From: an uncultured Veillonellaceae bacterium
Lineage (GTDB): Bacteria; Bacillota; Negativicutes; JARBTT01
DNA length: 64,000 nucleotides
Assembly (NCBI GenBank): GCA_963805085.1
Contig: CAWDTA010000002.1
Location: 864,001-928,000, forward strand
Reading direction: 5' to 3'
The number at the start of each line of letters is the position of its first letter. Within the stretch, counting starts at the first letter, position 1. The notes beneath the pieces are model-generated. The model was not told the origin of the DNA, did no database searches, and was given only the letters and a program-made list of their open reading frames with translations. Shown piece after piece: positions 19,622 to 29,202 of the stretch. The position numbers and the translations under genes are program-made.

Positions 19622-20890
19622 ATGGGAGAAATGATTCCAATAGCGAAAAAAAAGAGTGAAATAGCAATAGAGCAACATGAGTTTGTTAAATCATTTACTA
19701 AGTATTTGCCAGTAATTTTAGGAGCTTTGGTTGCAATTGGACCATTATCGATTGATATGTATCTACCTGCATTGCCACAATTAGCAGGAGAATTTTCTAC
19801 GACAGCATCACTAGTGCAAATGAGTTTAACTGCTTGTTTGTTAGGCATGGCAGTAGGCCAAATGTTTGCAGGCCCGCTTAGTGATATTCAAGGAAGAAGA
19901 AACCCCTTGCTGTTGGGATTGGCTATTTTTTCGTTGGCATCTATTGCATGCGCTTTTTCAACATCAATATGGGTACTTTTGGGGTTACGATTGCTGCAAG
20001 GAATGGCTGGGTCAGCGGGGATTGTTATTGCTCGGGCAATTGCACGTGATTTGTACTCTGGATATGAGCTGACTAAATTTTTTGCTATGCTAATGCTCGT
20101 GAATGGAGTTGCTCCAATTGCTGCACCAGTACTAGGAGGCCAGATCTTAGCATTTTCCTCTTGGCGCGCGGTGTTTGTTACATTGACGGTAATTGGGCTA
20201 TTGCTCACGATTACAGTATTTTTCTTTGTAAAAGAAAGTTTATTAGTAGAAAATCGCCTAAGGGGTGGGGTAAAAAGCACATTAAAAACAGTAGAATCTT
20301 TAATCAGGCAACGTTATTTTATGGGACATTGCTTGATGCAAGGTTGTGCATTTTCAGCGTTATTTGCCTACATATCAGGTTCGCCCTTTGTATTGCAAAA
20401 TATTTATGAAGTATCCCCGCAAGTATTTAGTCTTGTTTTTGCAATCAATGGGATTGGGTTAATTATTGCAGGTCAGCTTACCGGACGATTATCAGGGAAA
20501 TTTTCTGATGTGAAATTATTAGAATTTGGTGTGATACTTGCTATTGTTGGTAGCACAGCCCTAATGTTGGGTACTTTTTTCAAAGGCAATGTATATACGA
20601 TTTTAGTACCGCTCTTTTTCACGGCTTCAAGTTTAGCAATTGTAGCTTCTAGTAGTTTTTCTCTAGCGATGCAGGAACAAGGCAAGATGGCAGGTAGTGC
20701 CGCTGCTTTAATTGGGTTCTTTTCTAATATATCAGGCGGTATTATGGCACCACTTGTAGGAATTGCTGGCAGCCATAACGCGATGCCAATGGGGGTGGTC
20801 ATCATGGTGAGTGAAATCTGTGCCGGAGTATGTTTTTGGTTTATGATCAAACCAGCTCATAAAAAGGCAAATAAAGTAGTGCCAGAATAA
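19622..20890 (+). CDS. Bcr/CflA-family multidrug efflux MFS transporter
   Basis: PLSIDMYLPALP, GPLSDIQGRR, ARAIARDLY, APIAAPVLGG. Confidence 0.92.
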   Translation: MGEMIPIAKKKSEIAIEQHEFVKSFTKYLPVILGALVAIGPLSIDMYLPALPQLAGEFSTTASLVQMSLTACLLGMAVGQMFAGPLSDIQGRRNPLLLGLAIFSLASIACAFSTSIWVLLGLRLLQGMAGSAGIVIARAIARDLYSGYELTKFFAMLMLVNGVAPIAAPVLGGQILAFSSWRAVFVTLTVIGLLLTITVFFFVKESLLVENRLRGGVKSTLKTVESLIRQRYFMGHCLMQGCAFSALFAYISGSPFVLQNIYEVSPQVFSLVFAINGIGLIIAGQLTGRLSGKFSDVKLLEFGVILAIVGSTALMLGTFFKGNVYTILVPLFFTASSLAIVASSSFSLAMQEQGKMAGSAAALIGFFSNISGGIMAPLVGIAGSHNAMPMGVVIMVSEICAGVCFWFMIKPAHKKANKVVPE

Positions 20891-20937
20891 AATATTGTCA
20901 AAAAGAAGCAAAATGCCAGCGGTAGGATCAGCTATTG

Positions 20938-21411
20938 CTAATATATCGTGTTATCAGATTTTATTCTGAATCGGTCAAAAGCTTTGATGGTTAAATGTCG
21001 ACAGTATTGTGTTAGTTTGAGAACGTTTTCATTCGTGCATTTACCTTCGATAAAATTGTAGATGAAATCATCTCTAAAACCTATCGAATCAGCATCTTTA
21101 CTGCTATTCCCATAGTAGATTGTTTTTATATTTGCCCAAATAGCAGCGCTTAGGCACATTGGGCAAGGATAACAAGAGGTGTATAAGATGCAATCTGTTA
21201 AGTGATAGCTTTTCATATTTTTACAGGCCATGCGAATGGCTTGAATTTCAGCGTGGCAAGTAGGATCATTATTTTTTAATACTTCGTTGTGACCAATTCC
21301 AATGATTTTTCCGCTTTTTACGATAATAGCACCAAAAGGGCCACCATCGTTTGTCGCTAAGTTGTTTTCTGATTCCAACGCGGCAATTTTCATGAAGCTT
21401 TCTTGGTTCAT
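20938..21411 (-). CDS. guaD: Guanine deaminase (cytidine/nucleoside deaminase fold, GuaD-like)
   Basis: GGPFGA, DPTCHAE, PCPMCLSA..WA, GFRDDFIY. Confidence 0.85.
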   Translation of the reverse strand: MNQESFMKIAALESENNLATNDGGPFGAIIVKSGKIIGIGHNEVLKNNDPTCHAEIQAIRMACKNMKSYHLTDCILYTSCYPCPMCLSAAIWANIKTIYYGNSSKDADSIGFRDDFIYNFIEGKCTNENVLKLTQYCRHLTIKAFDRFRIKSDNTIY

Positions 21412-21615
21412 GTTAGTCACTCCTATTTTTTAGTATCAATAAATTAATATCTGCCCGATAAAAAATATTTTTATATTATACGTTATATGACACAAATCCT
21501 GTTTATTATAAATAAGGAAAAATTGTAGTGGAACCAAAGTTTGAAAATTCTAGTTTTTCTATGAAAAATAAATAATGTAAGTGTTAATAAGTATGCGTAG
21601 TTTTTATTGATTATG

Positions 21616-21656
21616 CAAAATGGGTGTTGCAAAAGGAACTTGTAACACCCATTTGT
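21616..21656. repeat. Inverted repeat between divergent genes
   Basis: aaatgggtgttgcaa / ttgtaacacccattt. Confidence 0.55.
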
Positions 21657-21721
21657 TATTTTATACAAATAAAGAAATAAAATACAAAGAACGTTTTATC
21701 ATAAAGAAATCGAAGAAAAGC

Positions 21722-21747
21722 AGGAAGAATGATATTTTTGTTAGAAT
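21722..21747 (+). promoter_or_regulatory. Sigma-H-like promoter
   Basis: gcAGGA-N18-GAAT upstream of the MazG-like gene. Confidence 0.4.
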
Positions 21748-21779
21748 ATTACTTCAGATAGGTATAAGGGGGAGTTATT

Positions 21780-22088
21780 TTGTTTTCCCAGGAATCAGAT
21801 ATTGTCAAGACGATGCGACTGATTGAAGGCTTAAAAGCGGATTTGATAAATAATATAGGATCGCTTTATCAAGCGATGGCACAAAACAGTGAAGTTTCGA
21901 TAAAGGAAGCTTTGGCCAGAGTTATTATCCATAGCTATGTATTAGGAAAACGTCTTGGTATCGGATTTGCAGATTTGGATGAAACTATTGAACATAAATT
22001 AGATGATGCTAGCAGAAATAATGATGCTTTGGAAAATCGCTTTGGTGATTTTTCCAAGCTAAAGCGTTTTTTTGAACAGAAGAGGTGA
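21780..22088 (+). CDS. MazG-like family protein
   Basis: DIVKTMRLIEGLKADL..Y.LGKRLGI..FGD; conserved position before yybS. Confidence 0.8.
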   Translation: MFSQESDIVKTMRLIEGLKADLINNIGSLYQAMAQNSEVSIKEALARVIIHSYVLGKRLGIGFADLDETIEHKLDDASRNNDALENRFGDFSKLKRFFEQKR

Positions 22089-22092
22089 AAGA

Positions 22093-23049
22093 ATGGAAAA
22101 TAGAAGAGTGAAACCAATGGTGGAAGGCGGCATTTTAGCGGCAATTGCTGTAGCGATGTCTTTAATTAGTATGTATGTCCCTATCATTGGTTCTTTCATG
22201 GCATTGATTTTGCCGCTGCCGATCATCGTATTGGTCGTAAGACACGGCGTGCGGTGGGGGATTATGTCAACTATTATTGCTGGAGTATTGATTTCGATGC
22301 TAATTAGCCCGTTGCAAGCGATTAGTATTGTGGTCGTTTGCGGTTTTATTGGTGTCGTGTTAGGATATACATACCGTAAAGGTTATAGTGCGGTACGGTG
22401 TTTGACTATTGGTTCGGTATCAGCAGTTGCCTCTATTTTAGTGGTGTTTGCTGTAAGTTTACTATTAATCAATGTCAATCCAATGAACATTCAGATGGAT
22501 ATGATGCAGCAGGCTTTTGAAGAATCATTGGCGGTGTATCGTGGTTCAGGGATGAGTGAAACGGAAATTGCTGATATTGCAGGTAAGTTTCAAACTGGCT
22601 TAGATACAGTGAAGCAACTTGTGCCAGTGACGGTTGTATTAGCGGGTTTATTCGAAACGTATATCAATTTTATTGTTGCTGGAGTAGTTTTAAGGCGTGT
22701 CGGGCATACGAATATTGTAATAATGCCACCGTTTAAGGAATGGAAATTACCTTGGGGCATCGTTTATATCTACGCATTTTCTTTAATTGGGATGTATTGG
22801 GGCTCTAGCCACGAGATACAAGTATTGCTTCAGACTTCGATGAATTTTAATATGTTCGCCAGTATTCTGGCCTTTATTCAAGGCCTTGCGCTTTTATTCT
22901 ATACGGCTGATAGATATCAATTGTCAAATTTTCTTCGTGGTATTATACTAATCTTAATATTAACGAGTGGCCTGTTTCAGGTAGTCGCATTGATAGGATT
23001 ATTTGACATTATATTTGATTATCGCAAGCGTTTTGCGCTAAAGGAGTAG
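22093..23049 (+). CDS. yybS: YybS/DUF2232 membrane protein
   Basis: MVEGGILAAI..PLPII..RHG; C-terminal GLFDIIFDYRK; upstream of gdpP. Confidence 0.9.
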   Translation: MENRRVKPMVEGGILAAIAVAMSLISMYVPIIGSFMALILPLPIIVLVVRHGVRWGIMSTIIAGVLISMLISPLQAISIVVVCGFIGVVLGYTYRKGYSAVRCLTIGSVSAVASILVVFAVSLLLINVNPMNIQMDMMQQAFEESLAVYRGSGMSETEIADIAGKFQTGLDTVKQLVPVTVVLAGLFETYINFIVAGVVLRRVGHTNIVIMPPFKEWKLPWGIVYIYAFSLIGMYWGSSHEIQVLLQTSMNFNMFASILAFIQGLALLFYTADRYQLSNFLRGIILILILTSGLFQVVALIGLFDIIFDYRKRFALKE

Positions 23050-23084
23050 AGTTTCACGCAAAACGAAGAAATGGAGGTTTGATT

Positions 23085-25091
23085 ATGCCTCATAACTCGT
23101 CTACTTGGGTGGATATTCGTATCCACTTGGTTGTAGTAGTTGGTTTGTTATTGGTCATTATGATTTATAATAAATATGTTGCGTTTATTGGATTGATTCT
23201 TCTTATATCGCTTTTTGTTTATGGGCGGGAACGATGTAATGATCGGCAACAGGAGTTGGAATATTATTATAAAAATGTTATAAAAAACATCAATGAATTA
23301 TCTAATTATGCCATTGATAAATTACCAGTAGCGATTTTGATTGTTGGTAGTGATGGCCGTCTAAAGTGGTGTAATGAGGAACTTGCGCGTTGGTTGGGTA
23401 AAAAGCCGACCATCGGGACATCCATCCATAATTTTTGGGAAAAAATTATCATTGAGCCTATTTGGGGGAAAGATGGGGAATATGTTTTTCAAGCGGAAGA
23501 TAAGTTTTATCGCGTAAAGCACCGTCCGATTTTTAATGTTGACGATGTAGATGGTTTGATGGTTTTTTACATTACAGATGTAACAACTATTGAAAAACTG
23601 AAAACGGAAAAAATATTAAGTAAAGTAGTATTTAGTTATATTCAGATTGATAATTATGATGAAGTGTTGCAGGGATTAAATGAAGCGCAACGTACTGTAG
23701 TTTTAGTAGAAATCAATAAATGCTTAAATGAGTGGATTGGTTCGGTTGGCGCCTTTGTAAGACGGATATCAGATGATTTGTATATTGCGATTATGGATCG
23801 TCGGGCTTTAGATAAAACATTGAATGATAAATTTGATGTTTTAGATAGGGTGAGGGCTATTCATGCGGCAAATAAATTTCCAGTAACACTTAGTATGGGG
23901 GTTGCTGTTGGTGATGGCTTAACATTGTCTCAGCTCAGTGAGAATGCCAAAGCTGGTTTAGATTTAGCATTGGGTCGTGGTGGCGATCAAGTAGCTGCAC
24001 AGATTGATGGCAAAATGCAGTTTTATGGTGGCAAGTCAAAAGCCGTAGAAAAGCATACGAGGGTAAAAGCACGCGTTGTTGCCCATGCTTTGTATGAGAT
24101 TATTGAGAATTCGGATATGGTACTCATCATGGGGCATCATAACGAGGATTTTGATAGTCTAGGTTCGGCGATTGGTGTTGCTAAAATGGCACGTCATTTA
24201 GAAAAAGAAGTCCATATTGTATTGAGTGACATGAATGAGGGCGTAGATAAATTTATCGAGTTAACCAGGGACAACCCCGATTATGAAGGCTTGTTTGTCC
24301 TCGCAAGTGAAGTCAACAGTATCATGCCGATGAATGCAATTTTATTTGTTGTAGACACGCATATACCTGATATGACAGCAGCACCTAGTTTGTTAGATCG
24401 TGTAGACAATGTGATTGTGATTGATCATCATCGCCGGTCAGAAAACTTTATTGTTAGTCCGTTGCTCATCTATATTGAGCCATCCTCCTCATCAACGAGT
24501 GAACTGGTAACAGAGTTATTGATGTATTTTAGTGATGATGTTGACTTAAGCAAAATGGATGCGACAGCTCTTTATGCTGGCATTGTCGTAGATACGAAAA
24601 ACTTCGCGGTGCAAACAGGTGTGAGAACCTTTGATGCAGCTGCCTATTTAAGACGTTCTGGTGCAGATCCAGCGGTGGTGAGACACTTGTTTAGAATGGA
24701 TTATGAAAGTACGAGAGCAAAAGCGAGAGCTTTGAGTCGTGCTGAATTCTTAAAGGGTGGGCTCATTGTAACAAGTTGCCCAGAAAATACGCCCAATGCC
24801 CAAGTTACTGCCGCACAAATTGCGGATGCGATGTTACGCATTGAAGATGTGCGCATGAGTTTGGTATTGTTTCAATTGGATGGCGGCATTGGTATCAGCG
24901 CTCGGTCGACAGGTGAAATCAATGTACAAGTGATTATGGAACAGTTCGGTGGCGGTGGTCACCAAAATGTGGCTGGTGCCCAAGTAAATGATGTAGAGTT
25001 AGAAGAATTAAAACGCCAAGTTGTTGAACGTAGCGTTAACTATATTGAGGAGAGTGACCATAATGAAAGTAATTTTGCAACAAGAAGTTAA
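23085..25091 (+). CDS. gdpP: Cyclic-di-AMP phosphodiesterase (PAS, degenerate GGDEF, DHH/DHHA1)
   Basis: IDNYDE, ALGRGGDQ, MGH..DFDSLGS, IDHHR, GGGGH. Confidence 0.95.
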   Translation: MPHNSSTWVDIRIHLVVVVGLLLVIMIYNKYVAFIGLILLISLFVYGRERCNDRQQELEYYYKNVIKNINELSNYAIDKLPVAILIVGSDGRLKWCNEELARWLGKKPTIGTSIHNFWEKIIIEPIWGKDGEYVFQAEDKFYRVKHRPIFNVDDVDGLMVFYITDVTTIEKLKTEKILSKVVFSYIQIDNYDEVLQGLNEAQRTVVLVEINKCLNEWIGSVGAFVRRISDDLYIAIMDRRALDKTLNDKFDVLDRVRAIHAANKFPVTLSMGVAVGDGLTLSQLSENAKAGLDLALGRGGDQVAAQIDGKMQFYGGKSKAVEKHTRVKARVVAHALYEIIENSDMVLIMGHHNEDFDSLGSAIGVAKMARHLEKEVHIVLSDMNEGVDKFIELTRDNPDYEGLFVLASEVNSIMPMNAILFVVDTHIPDMTAAPSLLDRVDNVIVIDHHRRSENFIVSPLLIYIEPSSSSTSELVTELLMYFSDDVDLSKMDATALYAGIVVDTKNFAVQTGVRTFDAAAYLRRSGADPAVVRHLFRMDYESTRAKARALSRAEFLKGGLIVTSCPENTPNAQVTAAQIADAMLRIEDVRMSLVLFQLDGGIGISARSTGEINVQVIMEQFGGGGHQNVAGAQVNDVELEELKRQVVERSVNYIEESDHNESNFATRS

Positions 25092-25509
25092 AAAGGTTGG
25101 TAAAAAAGGTGATATCTTAGAAGTTTCTGAAGGATATGCAAGAAATTTCTTGCTGCCAAAAGGCTATGCAGTCGCAGCAACGTCAACCAATTTAAATGCA
25201 GTCAACCAACAAAAAAAATCCGAAGAACGCAAGCAGCAGCAAGCGGTTGATGAAGCAACGCTTATGGCTGCCCAATTGAGTAAAATTGAAGTCTCCATTG
25301 CTGTGAAAATCGGTGAAGGTGGTAAATTATTTGGTTCAGTAACTGGTAAAGATATTGCGGATGCCTTGAAAAAAGACCATAATATCGATATTGATAAACG
25401 TAAAATTGAAGTAAAAGAAGGCATAAAAAGTCTCGGTGACTACGAAGCTGTCATCAAAGTGCACCCAGAAATCACAAGTAAAATTAAGGTACACATCATC
25501 GCAGGCTAG
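25063..25509 (+). CDS. rplI: 50S ribosomal protein L9
   Basis: MKVILQQEVKKVGKKG..GYARNFL..GKLFGSVT. Confidence 0.98.
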   Translation: MKVILQQEVKKVGKKGDILEVSEGYARNFLLPKGYAVAATSTNLNAVNQQKKSEERKQQQAVDEATLMAAQLSKIEVSIAVKIGEGGKLFGSVTGKDIADALKKDHNIDIDKRKIEVKEGIKSLGDYEAVIKVHPEITSKIKVHIIAG

Positions 25510-25522
25510 AAAGAGGAAGGTA

Positions 25523-27454
25523 ATGAAAAAATTTTTTAGTAAGCTTATCGGTAAAGGTCAAGATGAAGTAAAGATAGATAAGCAAGATCTGATCAATCGA
25601 CAAGTGACAGCCTTATATGGACTGTTATCTGATGTCATCGGTTCAGAAAAGCTGGTATTAAAAGCAGGAAAGTTAGATGCATTGGAACAAATGCGTTCAG
25701 AAAACGTTGCTGAAAGAGTACTTGCCTTGCAAAAGCTTGTACTAGAAAATCCAACGTTTGATAAATTACCTACAGCGGAAGAAATCCCAGAAATTTTAGA
25801 CGAGTTAGAAGAAGAAATCGCTGATTCTATGGCACGGCGTACCGTTGAAGATAAAATAGAAAAGAAAATTGTTGAAAAGATGGAAGAACGCCATCAAGAA
25901 TATATTCAAGAAATCCGCACGCAAGTTTTAAAAGATGAAAACAATGCGGAAAATCCACAAACATTAAGACGGTTTGAGGAGCTTGAAAAATTAGAAAGTA
26001 AAAAGCTGATGAAATCTGTGATGGAATTACTTCGGCCAGCGACGCTGGCTGAAGTTGTCGGGCAAGAGCGGGCGGTACAATCACTTCGCGCAAAACTTAG
26101 CTCGCCTTATCCACAGCATTTAATTCTCTATGGCCCACCTGGGGTTGGTAAGACAACGGCAGCACGTTTGGTGTTAGAGGAAGCACGCAAGGCAAAGTTT
26201 ACCCCATTTGAAGAAGATGCACCATTTGTGGAAACCGATGGTACGACGCTTCGTTGGGATCCGCGAGATATGACCAATCCGCTACTAGGTTCAGTGCATG
26301 ATCCAATTTATCAGGGCGCTAGGCGCGACCTTGCTGAAAGTGGAGTTCCCGAACCAAAAACGGGTTTGGTAACGGATGCCCATGGAGGAATTTTATTTAT
26401 TGACGAAATTGGCGAAATGGATTCTATGTTACAAAATAAGTTGTTAAAGATTCTCGAGGATAAACGAGCTTTCTTTGAATCGGCTTATTATGATCCATCA
26501 GATGAAACAGTTCCGAAATATATCAAAAAGTTATTTGAAGACGGTGCGCCAGCTGACTTTGTCTTGATTGGGGCGACGACCAGAGAAGCTGGCTATATTA
26601 ATCCAGCACTCCGTTCGCGTTGTGCGGAAATTTATTTTGAGCCACTTACGCCAAAACATATTGAGGCAATTGTTAAAAATGCGGCGGATAAACTCGAAGT
26701 TAAGATGGAAGATAATGTTGCTAGTTTAATCAGCGAATATACGATTGAAGGCCGTAAAGCGATCAATATCTTAGCGGATGCTTATAGTTTAGCCTTGCAA
26801 CGCCATGGTAATGACGAAACTGCCGATATTGTGATCAATACAGAAGATATCTACAAAGTGGTTCAAGTGAGCCGCTTATCTCAGTTCGTCATGCAAAAAG
26901 CTTCGGAAAAAGCGGAAATTGGTAAAGTTTTTGGCCTAGGGGTTTCGGGGTATCTTGGTTCGGTAATTGAGATTGAAGCGGTAGTTTTTCCTACCAGCGA
27001 AAAGGGCAAAGGCGCGATTCGCTTTAATCAAACCGCTGGTAGTATGGCAAAGGATTCGGTATTCAATGCAGCTGCAGTGGTGCGGAAAATCACTGGAGAA
27101 GATCTAAGTAACTACGATGCACATGTGAATGTGATCGGCGGAGGAAATATCGATGGTCCGTCAGCTGGAACCGCAATATTAACAGCACTTATTTCCGCAA
27201 TTACCAAACGGAAAGTTCGTCAAAATGTTGCAGTTACCGGTGAAATATCCATTCAAGGCAAAGTAAAACCTGTTGGTGGTGTGTTTGAAAAGGCCTATGG
27301 AGCAAAACAAGCTGGGATTACGACACTGATCATTCCTAAAGAAAATGCAAAAGATATTCCAGAAGGACATCTAGGGCTTGATATTCACATTGTAGAAACA
27401 GCTGAAGAAGCGTTTGAAGTGTTATTTGAGGACGAACATGCAGCCGAAAAGTGA
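25523..27454 (+). CDS. lonC: Lon-family ATP-dependent protease LonC
   Basis: AAA GPPGVGKT, FIDEIG; Lon protease domain DGPSAG and K of VFEKAYGA. Confidence 0.92.
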   Translation: MKKFFSKLIGKGQDEVKIDKQDLINRQVTALYGLLSDVIGSEKLVLKAGKLDALEQMRSENVAERVLALQKLVLENPTFDKLPTAEEIPEILDELEEEIADSMARRTVEDKIEKKIVEKMEERHQEYIQEIRTQVLKDENNAENPQTLRRFEELEKLESKKLMKSVMELLRPATLAEVVGQERAVQSLRAKLSSPYPQHLILYGPPGVGKTTAARLVLEEARKAKFTPFEEDAPFVETDGTTLRWDPRDMTNPLLGSVHDPIYQGARRDLAESGVPEPKTGLVTDAHGGILFIDEIGEMDSMLQNKLLKILEDKRAFFESAYYDPSDETVPKYIKKLFEDGAPADFVLIGATTREAGYINPALRSRCAEIYFEPLTPKHIEAIVKNAADKLEVKMEDNVASLISEYTIEGRKAINILADAYSLALQRHGNDETADIVINTEDIYKVVQVSRLSQFVMQKASEKAEIGKVFGLGVSGYLGSVIEIEAVVFPTSEKGKGAIRFNQTAGSMAKDSVFNAAAVVRKITGEDLSNYDAHVNVIGGGNIDGPSAGTAILTALISAITKRKVRQNVAVTGEISIQGKVKPVGGVFEKAYGAKQAGITTLIIPKENAKDIPEGHLGLDIHIVETAEEAFEVLFEDEHAAEK

Positions 27455-27494
27455 TAAACGTAGTTGCTTTAATTAGTCAAGGGGGATTATAGGA

Positions 27495-28826
27495 ATGATC
27501 GATAGAATACCACCACAAAATACAGAAGCAGAGCAAGCCGTTTTAGGAGCTATGCTCATTGAAAAAGAAGCAATTTCTAAGGTCGCTGAGTTTTTAAAAG
27601 GCAAGGATTTTTATCGAGAAGCGCATAAGATCATTTACGATACGATGATTGATATTTTTAATAAAAATGAGGCAGTGGATTTGGTTACAGTAACTGAGGC
27701 GCTGCGGAAAAACGATAAATTAGAAGCCGTAGGTGGAATAGCCTACATCACTTCGCTGGCCAATAGTGTACCAACAGCGGCGAATATCGGGTATCATGGT
27801 AAGATTATCGAAGAAAAATCTCTGCTAAGAGGGCTGATCAATTCAGCAACCACGATTGCTGGCATGGGCTATGAAGATAATGAAGATGTAGAGACGATTA
27901 TTGATAAAGCAGAAAAAATGATCCTCGAAGTGTCGGAGCGTAAAGTCGGTGCTGATTTTACACCGATTAAGAGTATTATCTTTGACGCCTTCGGAAAAAT
28001 TGAACAACTTTATGCTTCTAAAGGTGGGATTACTGGCCTCGCCTCTGGGTTTAAAGATTTGGATAAACTCACCTCTGGTTTACAGGCATCCGATTTAATT
28101 CTGATTGCTGCGCGCCCAAGTATGGGAAAGACGGCGTTTACTTTAAATATTGCGACTCATGTTGCCATTCGTGAAAAAAAAGCGGTGGCGTTCTTCTCAC
28201 TGGAAATGTCGAAAGAACAACTCGTACAACGTATGCTTTGTGCTGAGGCGACCATTGATTCCCAACGTCTGCGAATCGGTGAACTCGAGGATCGCGACTG
28301 GGGCAAACTGATCAGTGCAGCTGACCGATTGGCTTCCGCACCGATTTTTATTGATGACACTGCTGGTATTACGGTTATGGAAATGCGTTCAAAAGCGCGT
28401 AGACTGAAAATGGAAAATAATTTACAGCTTATCATCATTGACTATTTACAGTTAATGTCGGGGAGCAGCAGTAAAGGCGGCGACAATCGGCAGCAAGAAA
28501 TTTCCGAAATATCTCGTTCACTGAAGGCTTTGGCTCGTGAACTCAATGTGCCAGTTATCGCACTTTCACAGCTCAGCCGTAGTGTTGAGTCACGGCAAGT
28601 GAAAAAACCAATGCTAAGTGACCTTCGTGAATCTGGTTCACTAGAGCAAGATGCGGATATTGTAGCATTCCTTTATCGTGAGGATTATTACAATCCTGAT
28701 ACGGAAAATAAAAACATTACTGAGGTTATTATCGCGAAGCATCGTAATGGCCCAGTGGATACGGTGCAGTTATTCTTCCACAAACAATTTACCAAGTTTT
28801 GCGATTTATCAAGATTGCAAGAATAA
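27495..28826 (+). CDS. dnaB: Replicative DNA helicase
   Basis: EAEQAVLG, ARPSMGKT, IDYLQL, LSQLSR, DLRESGSLEQDAD, KHRNGP. Confidence 0.98.
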   Translation: MIDRIPPQNTEAEQAVLGAMLIEKEAISKVAEFLKGKDFYREAHKIIYDTMIDIFNKNEAVDLVTVTEALRKNDKLEAVGGIAYITSLANSVPTAANIGYHGKIIEEKSLLRGLINSATTIAGMGYEDNEDVETIIDKAEKMILEVSERKVGADFTPIKSIIFDAFGKIEQLYASKGGITGLASGFKDLDKLTSGLQASDLILIAARPSMGKTAFTLNIATHVAIREKKAVAFFSLEMSKEQLVQRMLCAEATIDSQRLRIGELEDRDWGKLISAADRLASAPIFIDDTAGITVMEMRSKARRLKMENNLQLIIIDYLQLMSGSSSKGGDNRQQEISEISRSLKALARELNVPVIALSQLSRSVESRQVKKPMLSDLRESGSLEQDADIVAFLYREDYYNPDTENKNITEVIIAKHRNGPVDTVQLFFHKQFTKFCDLSRLQE

Positions 28827-28890
28827 TATAGTCTTTCAGGCTGGCGTTTGCCAGCCTTTTCATGGGAATTGTATACAGTGTAATTATCAT

Positions 28891-28920
28891 TTGACACTTA
28901 TCATAGTTCAATGCTATGAT
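28891..28920 (+). promoter_or_regulatory. Sigma-A promoter upstream of the purA leader
   Basis: TTGACA-18 nt-TATGAT with extended TG. Confidence 0.6.
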
Positions 28921-29092
28921 AGGCAAGGGACATAAGGATATATTTTTGCAAAACTCAAAATGAGGCATGGCTATGCCAATTTGAGTTGTTTTCGTCATTT
29001 TGGCAATACTAGTTTATAATCTGAACTAGCTATGTAATAGTTATTGCAGTCACATGACAGTTAAGTGTCATTGATATATAAGGAGGATTTCT

Positions 29093-29155
29093 ATGATTGA
29101 CGTTATTACGTCGTGTAGAGACCATCGTGGCTCGTTTCGGGCTATAATAAAATAG
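29093..29155 (+). CDS. Candidate 20-aa upstream ORF MIDVITSCRDHRGSFRAIIK
   Basis: AAGGAGG RBS 6 nt before ATG; stops 47 nt before purA. Confidence 0.35.
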   Translation: MIDVITSCRDHRGSFRAIIK

Positions 29156-29202
29156 CTTAGCATAAAAATGCGAGTAGCTTAACTGAGAGAGGTGTATGTT
29201 TA

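Noticed and set aside
21616-21656. IS-end-like palindrome (gggtgttgcaaaa...ttgtaacaccc) as a MITE
   Set aside because: Single short copy with no target duplication or transposase; kept only as an inverted repeat
21421-21700. Purine riboswitch upstream of guaD
   Set aside because: No TATAAT..GATATGG..GTTTCTACC..CCGTAAA core on the minus strand
23050-23065. parS-like agtttcacgcaaaacg
   Set aside because: Only 12/16 to TGTTTCACGTGAAACA and not palindromic
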